Position numbers and translations under genes: made by a program. A stretch of 64,000 nt of DNA from a bacterium (lineage in GTDB: Bacteria > Fidelibacterota > Fidelibacteria > Fidelibacterales > Fidelibacteraceae). The notes under the pieces were generated by a model. That model made no database searches and was not told where the DNA came from. It saw only the letters and a list, made by a program, of their open reading frames with translations. Where the stretch lies: positions 1,568,001-1,632,000 of the forward strand of contig OY781066.1 in assembly GCA_963676395.1 (NCBI GenBank). The letters run 5' to 3'. Positions 31,462 to 41,434 of the stretch are shown in pieces (position 1 is the first letter of the stretch; each line of letters opens with the position of its first letter).

Positions 31462-33999
31462 TTATTTAATGAGAACAACTTTCTGAGTTGCGACATTGTT
31501 GTCAGCATTCAAGCGAATAAAATAAACACCTGATGTGAAGTTTGACGCATTCCAGACGTATTTATAAACACCGGCTTGAGCGTAACCCGATGAAAGGACA
31601 CTCATGTTCTGACCGGCGATATTGTAAACCGAGATCTCATAATCGGATGCTTCCGTTAATGAGAATTCAATGGTTGTTGAAGGGTTAAAGGGGTTAGGGT
31701 ATGCTTTGTTAATTGCAAAGCTTTCGGGGGTACAGTCTTCGCAAATGCTTACATCATCTGTAATGTCATCGCTGTAACCAACGAGTAATTGATGTTCGCT
31801 TGAGTATTTGCTGCCTACACCTGTGATGGCATATTCTGTACCAATGGTGTAAGTTGAAGGATCAATTCCGGTGGTTGGCCATACTTTAACAATGGCTGAG
31901 TCAGTTCCCGAGGTTAAGATCATATTCTTGGAGGATGAGAAATCTTGAACTTCGGAAAGTGTACCGGTAACGGTAACCAATGTACCTTCGTAATTATCGT
32001 TGTTGGCTGTTGCCGGCGTTGCCGAAATGGCATCGGGGCGAGCATTACCGGTAGAAACAATCGTATAACTGAAATTTTTCAGTTCAACAGTTGAGTAGTA
32101 AAGGTCAACTTCACCGACCAACTTAACCTTTGTGCCTTTTGTCAAGTCAGCTAATAATTCGTAGTTGTATAGATTTAAACCACGACCTGATTCATCTTGA
32201 ATGTAGCAAGAGGTCATATCGTTGCGAAGAACGCCGGCGCCGATGGTGATAATACCTTCGATGGTTTTTGTTTGGCCGTCCCATGCAGTAATATTGGTAT
32301 GGATGTCGGCGATATTTGTGACCGTACCTGCTACAAGCATAGTTTTAAGCGCAGAATTAACGGTTTCACCGTTTCCTGTAGCTGCTACATAATATTCAAG
32401 TTCGATGTCACCTGTACTCAATGCGGGGATATTACCGGCATAAGTATTGCCATTATCTAACCACATGTCAGCTTCGTTTGTCTGAGTTCCGCCGGTACCA
32501 TAAAACACTTTAACGGTGCTGGGTGCGGGAACACCGGTGTCGGGAGTGATATCAATGGTGATACCAATTTCTGAACCGGCTTGTGGGAAAGCTGTTGTAA
32601 CGGTTGCATTTGCAAAGTTATAAGCAACAGGGCCCGCTGTATGTGAACCAAGATTGCTTGTTACATCGATGTCGTAAACGATCCATTCAGAATTTTCTTC
32701 CGTTGTACCGGCTGAAGAAGCCCAATCTGAGTTACCGGCTTCTACAGAAGCTTTACGAACCAAGGTGTGATTTACTGCAGCGCCTGTAACTCCGGCTGCA
32801 TCAAAGTTGGCATCGGAATTCGGATCGCCGATCACATCAACCAATACATCGTTTAAAAATAGACCTAAAGCATCGTTTCCGTTAAACCAGGTAATGTCGC
32901 TGGTAACATCAGAATTACCTGTAATGTTTGCATCGCTGGCACCATCATTGGTGATCACGTAAACATCATTACCGGCAAGCGTACCGCTAAGAACAAGCTC
33001 TGAACCTGATCCCCAGCCGCCACCATTTGATGCGCGAACGACTTTATAATCACCAAGATTAACTGAGTTTTCATCTAAGTTGTAAATTTCAACCGCTTTA
33101 TTGCTTGATGAACCTTCAATATATTCAGAAAAGATCAGCTTAGTTTCTTGTACTTCGCGAACTGCGATAACAACTGTATCTCTTGAGATTTCGCCCAAAC
33201 TGTCAGTTACGATCAATTCAAAATGAAAGTCTTGAACAGTGGCCGGGGCTGTAAATGTTGCTATGGCTGTATTTGCATTGCTTAGAGTTGGTGAAATTTG
33301 AGTTCCCCAAGACATGGCCCATTGATAAGCAGCAATATTGTCATTAGGGTCTGTAGAGCCTGAACCGTCTAAGGTGACAGTTTCATTTACAAAAACCAAT
33401 TGGTCTGCACCTGCATCAGCTACAGGAGGATAGTTTGTTCCAGCAGCTAATACCTGGCCCGTATTGATGGCGCCGGGTGAGTTAGCAGTTGCTGCCCATG
33501 GAGAACCATCTAAACCAATTCGGGATAATGATGTGTCGGCAGCACCAACCCATTTATCGTCTCTATCTACTGAAGCGATTTCCATTGGATTACCCGAAAG
33601 GTCATTTAATTCACCTTCGTAGGTAACGGCATCTACAACTGTACCGTCTACGGTAAGTTGAACGCCGTCAGGGGATCCATTTTGGATTAGGTTTTCTGCA
33701 GGAGTTACTGTCATGTCAACATTTGTGACACCGGCAACGCCAATAACATAAAAACCATATCCGTCAGCTTCGTTTGTTAGTGTAATATTACCTACGGTAA
33801 TGGTCTTGTATGAAGCACCATCATTACCATTGACCAAATCAATGACAACGTTGTTGTAGGTTCCGGCAGTACCTGCCAGTTCAATAAACTCAGCGGCATC
33901 TGTGCCGGGCTGATCGTAATCAATCTCGTTGATGAACAATTGTCCATACGCTGCTACAGACAGTACGAGTAGCATGAGAATTACAAGGTTCCGTTTCAT
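31462..33999 (-). CDS. Secreted protein: two LTDs, PKD-like, Ig, tandem OB folds, C-terminal sorting domain
   Basis: GGAGG RBS; INEIDYDQPGTDAAEFIEL, PVADAGADQ, FSEYIEGSSSNKAVEIYN, YIQDESGRG, EGTLVTV, AYPNPFNPST...QKVVLIK. Confidence 0.87.
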   Translation of the reverse strand: MKRNLVILMLLVLSVAAYGQLFINEIDYDQPGTDAAEFIELAGTAGTYNNVVIDLVNGNDGASYKTITVGNITLTNEADGYGFYVIGVAGVTNVDMTVTPAENLIQNGSPDGVQLTVDGTVVDAVTYEGELNDLSGNPMEIASVDRDDKWVGAADTSLSRIGLDGSPWAATANSPGAINTGQVLAAGTNYPPVADAGADQLVFVNETVTLDGSGSTDPNDNIAAYQWAMSWGTQISPTLSNANTAIATFTAPATVQDFHFELIVTDSLGEISRDTVVIAVREVQETKLIFSEYIEGSSSNKAVEIYNLDENSVNLGDYKVVRASNGGGWGSGSELVLSGTLAGNDVYVITNDGASDANITGNSDVTSDITWFNGNDALGLFLNDVLVDVIGDPNSDANFDAAGVTGAAVNHTLVRKASVEAGNSDWASSAGTTEENSEWIVYDIDVTSNLGSHTAGPVAYNFANATVTTAFPQAGSEIGITIDITPDTGVPAPSTVKVFYGTGGTQTNEADMWLDNGNTYAGNIPALSTGDIELEYYVAATGNGETVNSALKTMLVAGTVTNIADIHTNITAWDGQTKTIEGIITIGAGVLRNDMTSCYIQDESGRGLNLYNYELLADLTKGTKVKLVGEVDLYYSTVELKNFSYTIVSTGNARPDAISATPATANNDNYEGTLVTVTGTLSEVQDFSSSKNMILTSGTDSAIVKVWPTTGIDPSTYTIGTEYAITGVGSKYSSEHQLLVGYSDDITDDVSICEDCTPESFAINKAYPNPFNPSTTIEFSLTEASDYEISVYNIAGQNMSVLSSGYAQAGVYKYVWNASNFTSGVYFIRLNADNNVATQKVVLIK

Positions 34000-34270
34000 T
34001 TAAATTCCTCCATTAAATTATTTTAGTTTTTTTCTGCCAATTGATTAAAATACAAGATTTTAGCTCGCAAAGAAATAAATTTATTATATAATTAAAGTAT
34101 ATTGTATAAAAAGCTGTATGGCATAATAAATTACAATTGTTCGATGATGTATCGAGAAGATATTAAAATAGTCGAAAAGTTGGTAAAAAGAGAGTTGAAA
34201 AATCGATATTATTGATTCCAGCATCCCCATCACAGGTCACAGATCACCGACAAATAATTACAGAAAATAT

Positions 34271-34298
34271 AAAAGCCCACTCGAATGAGCGGGCTTTT
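34271..34298 (-). terminator. Intrinsic terminator downstream of the HU gene
   Basis: AAAAGCCCACTC-GAAT-GAGCGGGCTTTT. Confidence 0.8.
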
Positions 34299-34323
34299 AA
34301 AGTTCTATGTCTTAAAAAAACTA

Positions 34324-34596
34324 TTAGTTTACAGCTTCTTTAAGTTTTTTAGCAGCTTTGAATTTTACATTCTTAGAAGCGGCGATTTTGATTTTTTCGC
34401 CTGTTTTAGGGTTAACACCGTCGCGAGCTGCGCGTTCGGCAACCTGAAAAGTACCCAAACCTGCTACAGCAAATTTTTCGCCTTTTTTGACTTCTGCTAA
34501 TAGTGTTTCAACAAATGCATCAACAACTTTTTCAGCTTCAACTTTTTTAATGTCGGCGGCATCAGCCAATACTTTCAACAGTTCATCTTTTTTCAT
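34324..34596 (-). CDS. hup: HU family DNA-binding protein
   Basis: GLGTFQV...RAARDGVNPKTGEKIKIAA...FKAAKKLKEAVN; AAGGAG RBS. Confidence 0.95.
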   Translation of the reverse strand: MKKDELLKVLADAADIKKVEAEKVVDAFVETLLAEVKKGEKFAVAGLGTFQVAERAARDGVNPKTGEKIKIAASKNVKFKAAKKLKEAVN

Positions 34597-34731
34597 TTTT
34601 TTCTCCTTACTTGTTAGTAAAATAGACTGTGTTTTTTTCTTTTAACAAGAAAAAATAAACATTAAATCCACGTAAACAAAGGAAATTTTAATTCTTTGCT
34701 ATAAGATAAGCAAATACATACATTATGTTGC

Positions 34732-35580
34732 ATGCAAGAAACCAAGCCCAAAATCTCAGTGATTATTCCGGTTTTTAATCGAGAAAAAACCATTTCTCGG
34801 GCCATTGATTCTGTGCTTTCACAAACTTATCCGGCCTATGAAATTATTGTGATCGATGATGCTTCGAGTGATAAAACTGCAAAAATTTTGCAGACCTATA
34901 TTCATGAAATTAAGATAATTAGCTTAAATTTAAATTCCGGTGTTTCTGCGGCCCGGAATCAAGGGATCGCTATAGCCAAAGGGGATTGGATCGCATTTTT
35001 AGACTCAGATGACGAGTGGTTTAAAAATAAGTTAGAGCTTCAGGTAGAGTACCTAAAAAAACATCCTGAAATTGTCATTTTGCAGAGTGATGAGCAATGG
35101 ATCAGGTATGAAAAAAAAGTGAATCCACCGCGAAAATATGTCAAAAAAGGCGGCGAAATTTTCAAAAATTGTCTCAAAACTTGTATTGTTGGACCCTCTA
35201 CGATCTTGATAAAGAAGTCTATTTTTAATGAGGTCGGAGTCTTTGATGAAAGCTTACCGGTTTGCGAAGATTATGATCTTTGGTTGCGTATTTCGGCAAA
35301 ATATACCATTCCTTTGATCGACAAAAAATTGATCAATAAATACGGCGGTCATAGCGATCAGCTTTCAACCACCGTTCCCGCTTTGGATAGGTACCGGGTA
35401 CAATCTTTGGAAAAGATTTATTATTCCCTTGATCTTAATCCGGATCAGAAAAAAGCGCTTTTGGATGAATTGGTATTAAAGTTGGGGTATCTGTATGAAG
35501 GGGCCAAAAGGAGAGGTGAGGGCGATGCGTTTTATAAAACAAAGTTTGAGAAATTTCAAACCATTCGAATGAGTGAATGA
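34732..35580 (+). CDS. Glycosyltransferase family 2
   Basis: SVIIPVFN, IDDASSD, GVSAARNQG, FLDSDD, EDYDLWLR. Confidence 0.93.
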   Translation: MQETKPKISVIIPVFNREKTISRAIDSVLSQTYPAYEIIVIDDASSDKTAKILQTYIHEIKIISLNLNSGVSAARNQGIAIAKGDWIAFLDSDDEWFKNKLELQVEYLKKHPEIVILQSDEQWIRYEKKVNPPRKYVKKGGEIFKNCLKTCIVGPSTILIKKSIFNEVGVFDESLPVCEDYDLWLRISAKYTIPLIDKKLINKYGGHSDQLSTTVPALDRYRVQSLEKIYYSLDLNPDQKKALLDELVLKLGYLYEGAKRRGEGDAFYKTKFEKFQTIRMSE

Positions 35581-35658
35581 TCGATAAAATTTATTAATTT
35601 AGAATTAAGAGATATATTTATATCTCAGATCAATGGTCACAGTTCATTGATGACCCAC

Positions 35659-36531
35659 TCAGATCAATCCAAAAAATTCACATACCCAATAGGCTAGATG
35701 AAAATCAAAGTCTGTGGTGTAAATGGCCTTTTTGCCACCCTGTTTGATGCTTTCCCCGGGATTTACAGGTATTTTGTGTTTCATACCTTCAATATCCAAT
35801 TTAATGAGAAAATGATGAGGATCATTTTTATAATGAGTTAGCTGCAGTTGTGGGAGATTTCTATAATTTTTTTCTATCACGCGTTGCGAAGGCTCAAATT
35901 CAAGGAAATTTTCCCATTGCTCAAATACTTTTTGTGCATGATGTGGTGGAACGGTGGGATCTTTTGTTCCTTGGATGATTGCAATACGTGGCTTAATATC
36001 TCTGTTGGGATTTATCCCTTCGTGCAATTGAGAGGGAGGAGCCAACATGGCCCCGGCAGCAAAGATGTCAGGGTATGCATTTAGCATAACATTTGTCATG
36101 GCGGCGCCGGCCGAAAAGCCCCAAATAAATATTTTATCTTTATTTATGGGATAATGTTCTATGCAATAGTCGATCATTTGCTTGACTGAGGCCGTTTCAC
36201 CCTGTCCTTTTTTCATTTTATTGGGACTGTAAAAAGTAAAGGCCGTTAAGAGGTTGTTATATAGAGGTTGATCCGGATAGCATATGACAAATCCTAAAGA
36301 ATCTGCCAATTTATTGATCCCGCAGCTGTTGCTCAATGCTTTGGCAGAGAGCCAACTGCCATGTAAGGTTACAATTAAGGGCAATTCTGCCTGCGTTTTG
36401 GCTTTCTTGGGAAGATAAAGGAACATGCGCAAATGCCCGGGGTTTTCACCGAAATCAGATATTCTTTCCAAGGGGACAGCCCAAAGAATTGATATACTTA
36501 TCATGAGGACGATAAAGCTTTTTTTAAACAT
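35659..36531 (-). CDS. PHB-depolymerase-family esterase (alpha/beta hydrolase), exported
   Basis: FGENPGHLRM, LHG, nucleophile elbow GFSAG, GTKD.TV, GMKH. Confidence 0.85.
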   Translation of the reverse strand: MFKKSFIVLMISISILWAVPLERISDFGENPGHLRMFLYLPKKAKTQAELPLIVTLHGSWLSAKALSNSCGINKLADSLGFVICYPDQPLYNNLLTAFTFYSPNKMKKGQGETASVKQMIDYCIEHYPINKDKIFIWGFSAGAAMTNVMLNAYPDIFAAGAMLAPPSQLHEGINPNRDIKPRIAIIQGTKDPTVPPHHAQKVFEQWENFLEFEPSQRVIEKNYRNLPQLQLTHYKNDPHHFLIKLDIEGMKHKIPVNPGESIKQGGKKAIYTTDFDFHLAYWVCEFFGLI

Positions 36532-36544
36532 ACTTAACCAATGT

Positions 36545-36907
36545 TTAAAGAACCAAAATGAAAGATAACGCCGACAATAAAGGAGTCATGATAATGAATA
36601 AAATATGTAAGTTGCGAATGAGATGTGAATATTGTTTTTTTGGGGTTTGGATGATCCCGGTGATATTTGACATTATAATAAATACCAGAGCCGTAATAAA
36701 GGTTATGCAAGGTAAGAATGTCGGTTTATCGTGAATACTTGTACAAACAAAAACGATAAATAGGATGGCATAACTTAATGAGGATAATTTATGCATGGTG
36801 AAGGTGAAAAAAACGTAGGGTTTTTTTTGTTTGCTTAGAATGATACCCAAGATACCGGTAAGCAAATAGAGGAGACCCATACTTGCAAGTTTTAATGTTT
36901 CTGACAT
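36545..36907 (-). CDS. Four-TM hypothetical protein
   Basis: 120 aa; GIIL.K..KPY, MHKL, NLH; similar to 37366-37728. Confidence 0.65.
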   Translation of the reverse strand: MSETLKLASMGLLYLLTGILGIILSKQKKPYVFFTFTMHKLSSLSYAILFIVFVCTSIHDKPTFLPCITFITALVFIIMSNITGIIQTPKKQYSHLIRNLHILFIIMTPLLSALSFILVL

Positions 36908-37322
36908 TTTGAAACCCTTAATAAAGTCAAAAATATAATTATCAATAACAATGTAATATAAAAACCTTTGCTTGTCAATTGTAAAAAAAATAAAATGTTT
37001 TTTTAGCTATTCTTTATTTTTGATATGAGCCGATTCAGTAGCTGTTTTGAGCAAAGCGACTAGAAAAGAAAAAGATATTGCTTATGACGTGGGTTTAGTT
37101 GCCGAAGTGCCATCACCTATCTTATGAGATGCAGGCTAATGATGTTCTTATTAAAGGGAACTATTGCCTATTTATCCTTATAAAGACCTTTTTGTGGGAG
37201 ATTTTTACTATTTTGCAAATCATGTAGAATTTAAATCAAAATATCTGTTTGTTGCTTGTGGTGTGGGTGGAGTTCAGGTATTTCATTTCGAAAAGAAATA
37301 AACGAAACGCAGTTCATTTATG

Positions 37323-37352
37323 AAAAGAGGAGTGATTTATCACTCCTCTTTT
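37323..37352. terminator. Perfect hairpin terminator downstream of 37366-37728
   Basis: AAAAGAGGAGTGAT-TT-ATCACTCCTCTTTT. Confidence 0.8.
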
Positions 37353-37365
37353 ATTTTAAGATCAT

Positions 37366-37728
37366 TTATTTAAACAGTAGAAAGGTCAGGATCAATAATG
37401 GGATTGTCGTATATGTAGCAATATCATGCAAAATAAGAATGATCTTGGGGCCTTCTTTGTTTCCACTTAACATACTGCCTGTTACGAATAAAGATATGAA
37501 TAAGATAAAGCTTATAGCCAGGCTGACGATCGCCATAACGCTAATGCTGCTTTCGATCAAGGCGTTCCTAACCAGCATTATGGTCACAATAATTACGACC
37601 AAGGCCAATAGCTTGTGAGCAACAGAAAGGAGTTGGTTAAACGGACGTCCTTTCTTATGCAAAATGATTCCACTGACGATAGCAAATAGATAAAAAACCG
37701 CTACCATGATAATTTGTACTGTGCTCAT
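37366..37728 (-). CDS. Four-TM hypothetical protein
   Basis: 120 aa; SGIILHKKGRPF, AHKL, ILH; AGGA RBS. Confidence 0.7.
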   Translation of the reverse strand: MSTVQIIMVAVFYLFAIVSGIILHKKGRPFNQLLSVAHKLLALVVIIVTIMLVRNALIESSISVMAIVSLAISFILFISLFVTGSMLSGNKEGPKIILILHDIATYTTIPLLILTFLLFK

Positions 37729-37927
37729 CGTGTTTCCTATGTTAATTGTTTATGTATGATACAAAGTTGTTTAAGGTGATCGTAATATTTAGAATGTTTT
37801 CAATTGTTACGATTTTGGGCTTGTCTTTTGGGGCATGGGTGATATCCTGAATTTCTATATTTTCAAGAGATCACCGAGGTGAAACCGCTATAGCCGACAC
37901 AGCAAATCGTAGAAAAACGATCTGTTG

Positions 37928-38434
37928 CTATTCTATGATAGTATCCAACTTGTCAATATAGGAGATAGCCCATTGACGGATAGCGTCCCAATTTCTAAGA
38001 TCTTGGGGTGTATCTTTTTTTACGCCAAAAAGCAAACGAGGAATTGTACCGAATGCATCCTCGATTTTGCCGTCGAATTTTCCGATCATCATAGGTTTAA
38101 CCACTTTTATGGCTTTGTTAAGACTGTTATTGATCATTCGTTTCCACATTTTGGAACCGCTATTCATAAGATAAGATACAAGGTAATATGAAGTTGGTAC
38201 TTGCTTTAAGTACTTTTTGTTTTTTTCTACAAAATCATAGGCTTCGGGTAGCCACTGCATACCGTTAATGGGTGAGCCGATCAAAACTGCATTGTAAGCA
38301 TCGAGTGATTCAACATTCGACATGCCGATGACTTTTACTTCCCATCCTTTTTCTCTCGCGATCTTAGCGATCTCTATGGCAATTTCTTTTGTCGTGTTCG
38401 TCTTGGTCACATAGGCAATACACAAGTTTTTCAT
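37928..38434 (-). CDS. Flavodoxin-domain protein (HemG/flavodoxin_5-like)
   Basis: Start revised to ATG 38434 (GAGG RBS); AYVTKTNTTKEIA, LIGSPI, DLRNWDAIRQWA. Confidence 0.85.
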   Translation of the reverse strand: MKNLCIAYVTKTNTTKEIAIEIAKIAREKGWEVKVIGMSNVESLDAYNAVLIGSPINGMQWLPEAYDFVEKNKKYLKQVPTSYYLVSYLMNSGSKMWKRMINNSLNKAIKVVKPMMIGKFDGKIEDAFGTIPRLLFGVKKDTPQDLRNWDAIRQWAISYIDKLDTIIE

Positions 38435-39173
38435 AATAGCCTCATTTGGTGGTGAGAAACTTCCCTTATTTTGTTTTCCCCTGTGAGTTTTAAAGTAAGG
38501 ATGATGAATGAGAATGACAAATGAAAATATTATCATGTTGAAAGCCGCAAATAGATCCATGAATTATGCAGAATGCAGAGAAGATAAGGCGAATATAAAT
38601 ATATTATATTAAATGATATCTATGGAGTTTAGTAAATGCACTTGAATGTTTTGTTTAGTTTTGTGTTTTAAAAGACAGGTGCAAAATGAAATATTAAATG
38701 TTAAAACGGAAATGAACAAAGAGTTATCAAAAAATACATTTCTTGATTCTTGTCGTGTTCATGGTTTGAAATTAGGCTGACAGTTTGCTTGAAGTAAAGA
38801 TTGGGATCGTGATTTTAGTCTATGTGACGCTTGAGAGATATTTTACTCTTATGATAATTTTTAATTTGTTGTTACTGCGTTAGTTGGATAATGTAGCCCT
38901 CAATGAAAGTGGCTTAGCTATAATGTATGGAATAGTAATACGGTTAATGTTACCACGAACTGGAATCTTTATATGATCTCTATCATGCAGGAACAAAGTG
39001 ATACCATAATCTCTAGCGATTGATTCATTCGGGAAAGCGATAAAATAATATAATAGAATAAATTACCCGTAATCAATGATCACTGATAGTATGATATAAA
39101 TCGAATATTGGAAAATTGTTAAATTGATATTTTCAATTTAACCGTTCAATTTCTGAGAATTATTTTTTGGATA

Positions 39174-39524
39174 TTATAGTCCGCTACCCACCATTTCCAG
39201 CTCATAAGTATGGTTGGGCTTATATTTCATAGCCCATAAGAAGGGAGCCCAAACAATAAAACCAGCGACAATAGCGCCAAATTCAGGAGCTTCATCACGG
39301 GAAAAGGATGTATAAAGTGTTTTATATCCTTCTTTTTCAATTTTAAGATGGTTGGTTGAAAAAATAATCTTTGAGTCTTCGTACATCAAAGGTGTTTTTC
39401 CAATATATTCATCATTCAAGAATACTTTTGCCCCAGGAGGGTTACTTGTGATCTGAGTGGTTGATGAACAAGAGATAAGCAGTATGGAAACTGCCAGAAC
39501 GAGAGCTAAACTTCTTTTTAACAT
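39174..39524 (-). CDS. PEGA-domain lipoprotein
   Basis: Lipobox LISC; ITSNPPGAKVFLNDEYIGKTP, KEGY. Confidence 0.85.
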   Translation of the reverse strand: MLKRSLALVLAVSILLISCSSTTQITSNPPGAKVFLNDEYIGKTPLMYEDSKIIFSTNHLKIEKEGYKTLYTSFSRDEAPEFGAIVAGFIVWAPFLWAMKYKPNHTYELEMVGSGL

Positions 39525-39533
39525 AATACTCCT

Positions 39534-40355
39534 TTATATAAAGATTTCGGGTAATCGGGTTTTGGAAGATTGTGAATTAAGGACTGATTTTACAAGTGGT
39601 GCCATTTTTAATTTAATGTTGCGAGCATCGAGTTTGCATGCTCTAACGCATGAGAAACAATGTATACATTTATTTTTATCAATATCCAATGTCTTACTGT
39701 CAATGGCTCCCGTAGGACACATTTTTGCACATTGTTTGCATTGATTGCAATGCTTGTGATTGACTTTAGGGTATTGTGCAAAGAATTTTGACGAGTTGCC
39801 CGGTAAAACCTTAGCCATAAAGGGTAACTCACTGGGGAGTTTTTCTTCTTTATAATTAAGGATATCATCTATACCATCGAGCTTATTAATGATTTTTTTC
39901 CCGAATTCGTGTGCATGATAAATATCTATCATATCCGGCCTGTTTACAGCGATAGGCAGTTGTTCGTGCGAAAATGAGTGTTCACCGATAAATGCAGCTC
40001 CTGCAACGACAATAAAACCGGCCTTATGTGCCCAGTCCTGCATTTCTTTTAGACAAAGTCCGTAACCGATATTTCCATAAACGGCAACTAATACGATTGG
40101 CTGACCGTTGCCTTTCAGGTTTTCTAGAGAGGTTTTTATTAAGCCGGGAATACGCTCTTCGTAAACGGGAACAGTCAGGATAAATAACTCATCTTTGCGA
40201 TTACTGTGGTATTCAAAATGTTTGCGGTTAACAGGATGTGTAAGATCGAAAGTTTGATCTTCTTCGCATTTGATATTATTGCTGATGCCGAATGCAATTT
40301 TGCGGGACGTTCCGGTGGGGGAGAATAAGATGCGAGTAAGTTTATTAATTTGCAT
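39534..40355 (-). CDS. EFR1-type flavodoxin-ferredoxin fusion (2x 4Fe-4S)
   Basis: FSPTGTS, VYGN, FIGEHSF, RPD; CNQCKQCAKMCP and CIHCFSCVRAC. Confidence 0.88.
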   Translation of the reverse strand: MQINKLTRILFSPTGTSRKIAFGISNNIKCEEDQTFDLTHPVNRKHFEYHSNRKDELFILTVPVYEERIPGLIKTSLENLKGNGQPIVLVAVYGNIGYGLCLKEMQDWAHKAGFIVVAGAAFIGEHSFSHEQLPIAVNRPDMIDIYHAHEFGKKIINKLDGIDDILNYKEEKLPSELPFMAKVLPGNSSKFFAQYPKVNHKHCNQCKQCAKMCPTGAIDSKTLDIDKNKCIHCFSCVRACKLDARNIKLKMAPLVKSVLNSQSSKTRLPEIFI

Positions 40356-40557
40356 GTGTTGTTCCTGTTTCGCGAAGAACGATATTAAACAATTTTATTA
40401 ATAAAGAAAAATGAAAAAAGGGAAAAGTGGTGTGATGCAAATAACATGAGTAGATTGAACATCATTCTAGTTTTCTGTTTTTTGTCTTTTTGTAAAAAAT
40501 CCCCCCGAGAAACACCACATCAAATCGAGAGGATAAGTAAGAAATAGTGATATATAT

Positions 40558-41367
40558 TTATTTTAGCATCATAGTTGTAAGTGCGTCAATTCCACGATCA
40601 CCTAATAGTTTGCGTATATACACTAAAATGCTACCGGAACCCTTCATGTAACGAGTTTTAGGATTTTTGGCATTAAGGATTTTTACCATCACCTTCCCAA
40701 TGACCGAGACGTGCGAGGACTTAAAACGTCCCTGTGCTTTGCTCATATTTTTGACCATATCGGCGTAAGGACCATTTTGTGAGTTGGCAATGAGGTTTTC
40801 TTTCATGATATCGTTCCATGGAGTATCGATCGAACCCGGTTCAAGAATAACGACATGTATTCCGAAAGGTTTAACTTCATTGCGCAATACATCCGACCAA
40901 CCTTCAAGCGCATGTTTTGTGGCATGATACCAGGCTCCGAAAGGCGTATAGATCTTACCACCAATAGAGGATGTGTTAATGATGAGTCCTGATTTTTGCT
41001 TGCGCATAATAGGGAGGACTTTTTTTGTAATCGCGGCCAAGCCGAAAATATTTACTTCGAACTGATATTTCGCGCGTTCGATAGATACATCTTCAACTGC
41101 ACCGTATTCACCGTAGCCGGCATTGTTAAAAAGAACATCTATTCGATTTTGTTCTTTGAAAATTTGTTTAACACAGGTCTCGATGGAATCTTGATCGGTG
41201 ATATCAAGCTTAATGGCTTGGCCGCCCGCTTTAACAATATCATCCATTTTTTCTACGGATCGCGCAGCACCGTAAACAATATGTCCCAAGGCCAGATAGC
41301 GTAAAGCTGTATCTTTGCCTATTCCTGTTGAGGCCCCGGTGATCAATATAACTTTTGTAGTTTTCAT
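40558..41367 (-). CDS. Short-chain dehydrogenase/reductase
   Basis: TGASTGIG, NNAG, SSIGG, YHATK. Confidence 0.93.
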   Translation of the reverse strand: MKTTKVILITGASTGIGKDTALRYLALGHIVYGAARSVEKMDDIVKAGGQAIKLDITDQDSIETCVKQIFKEQNRIDVLFNNAGYGEYGAVEDVSIERAKYQFEVNIFGLAAITKKVLPIMRKQKSGLIINTSSIGGKIYTPFGAWYHATKHALEGWSDVLRNEVKPFGIHVVILEPGSIDTPWNDIMKENLIANSQNGPYADMVKNMSKAQGRFKSSHVSVIGKVMVKILNAKNPKTRYMKGSGSILVYIRKLLGDRGIDALTTMMLK

Positions 41368-41393
41368 GTTTTATTTCCTATTTTTTTTATTAA

Positions 41394-41417
41394 TTATAAT
41401 CGAATGTTCGTTTAATA
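41394..41417. promoter_or_regulatory. Putative TetR operator upstream of the SDR gene
   Basis: TTATAATCGAATGTTCGTTTAATA; imperfect palindrome; exact reverse complement of 42017-42040. Confidence 0.7.
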
Positions 41418-41434
41418 AACACTGTAAAAAAATA

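Noticed and set aside
38435..38560. N-terminal extension of the flavodoxin ORF
   Set aside because: Homology and a GAGG RBS point to ATG 38434
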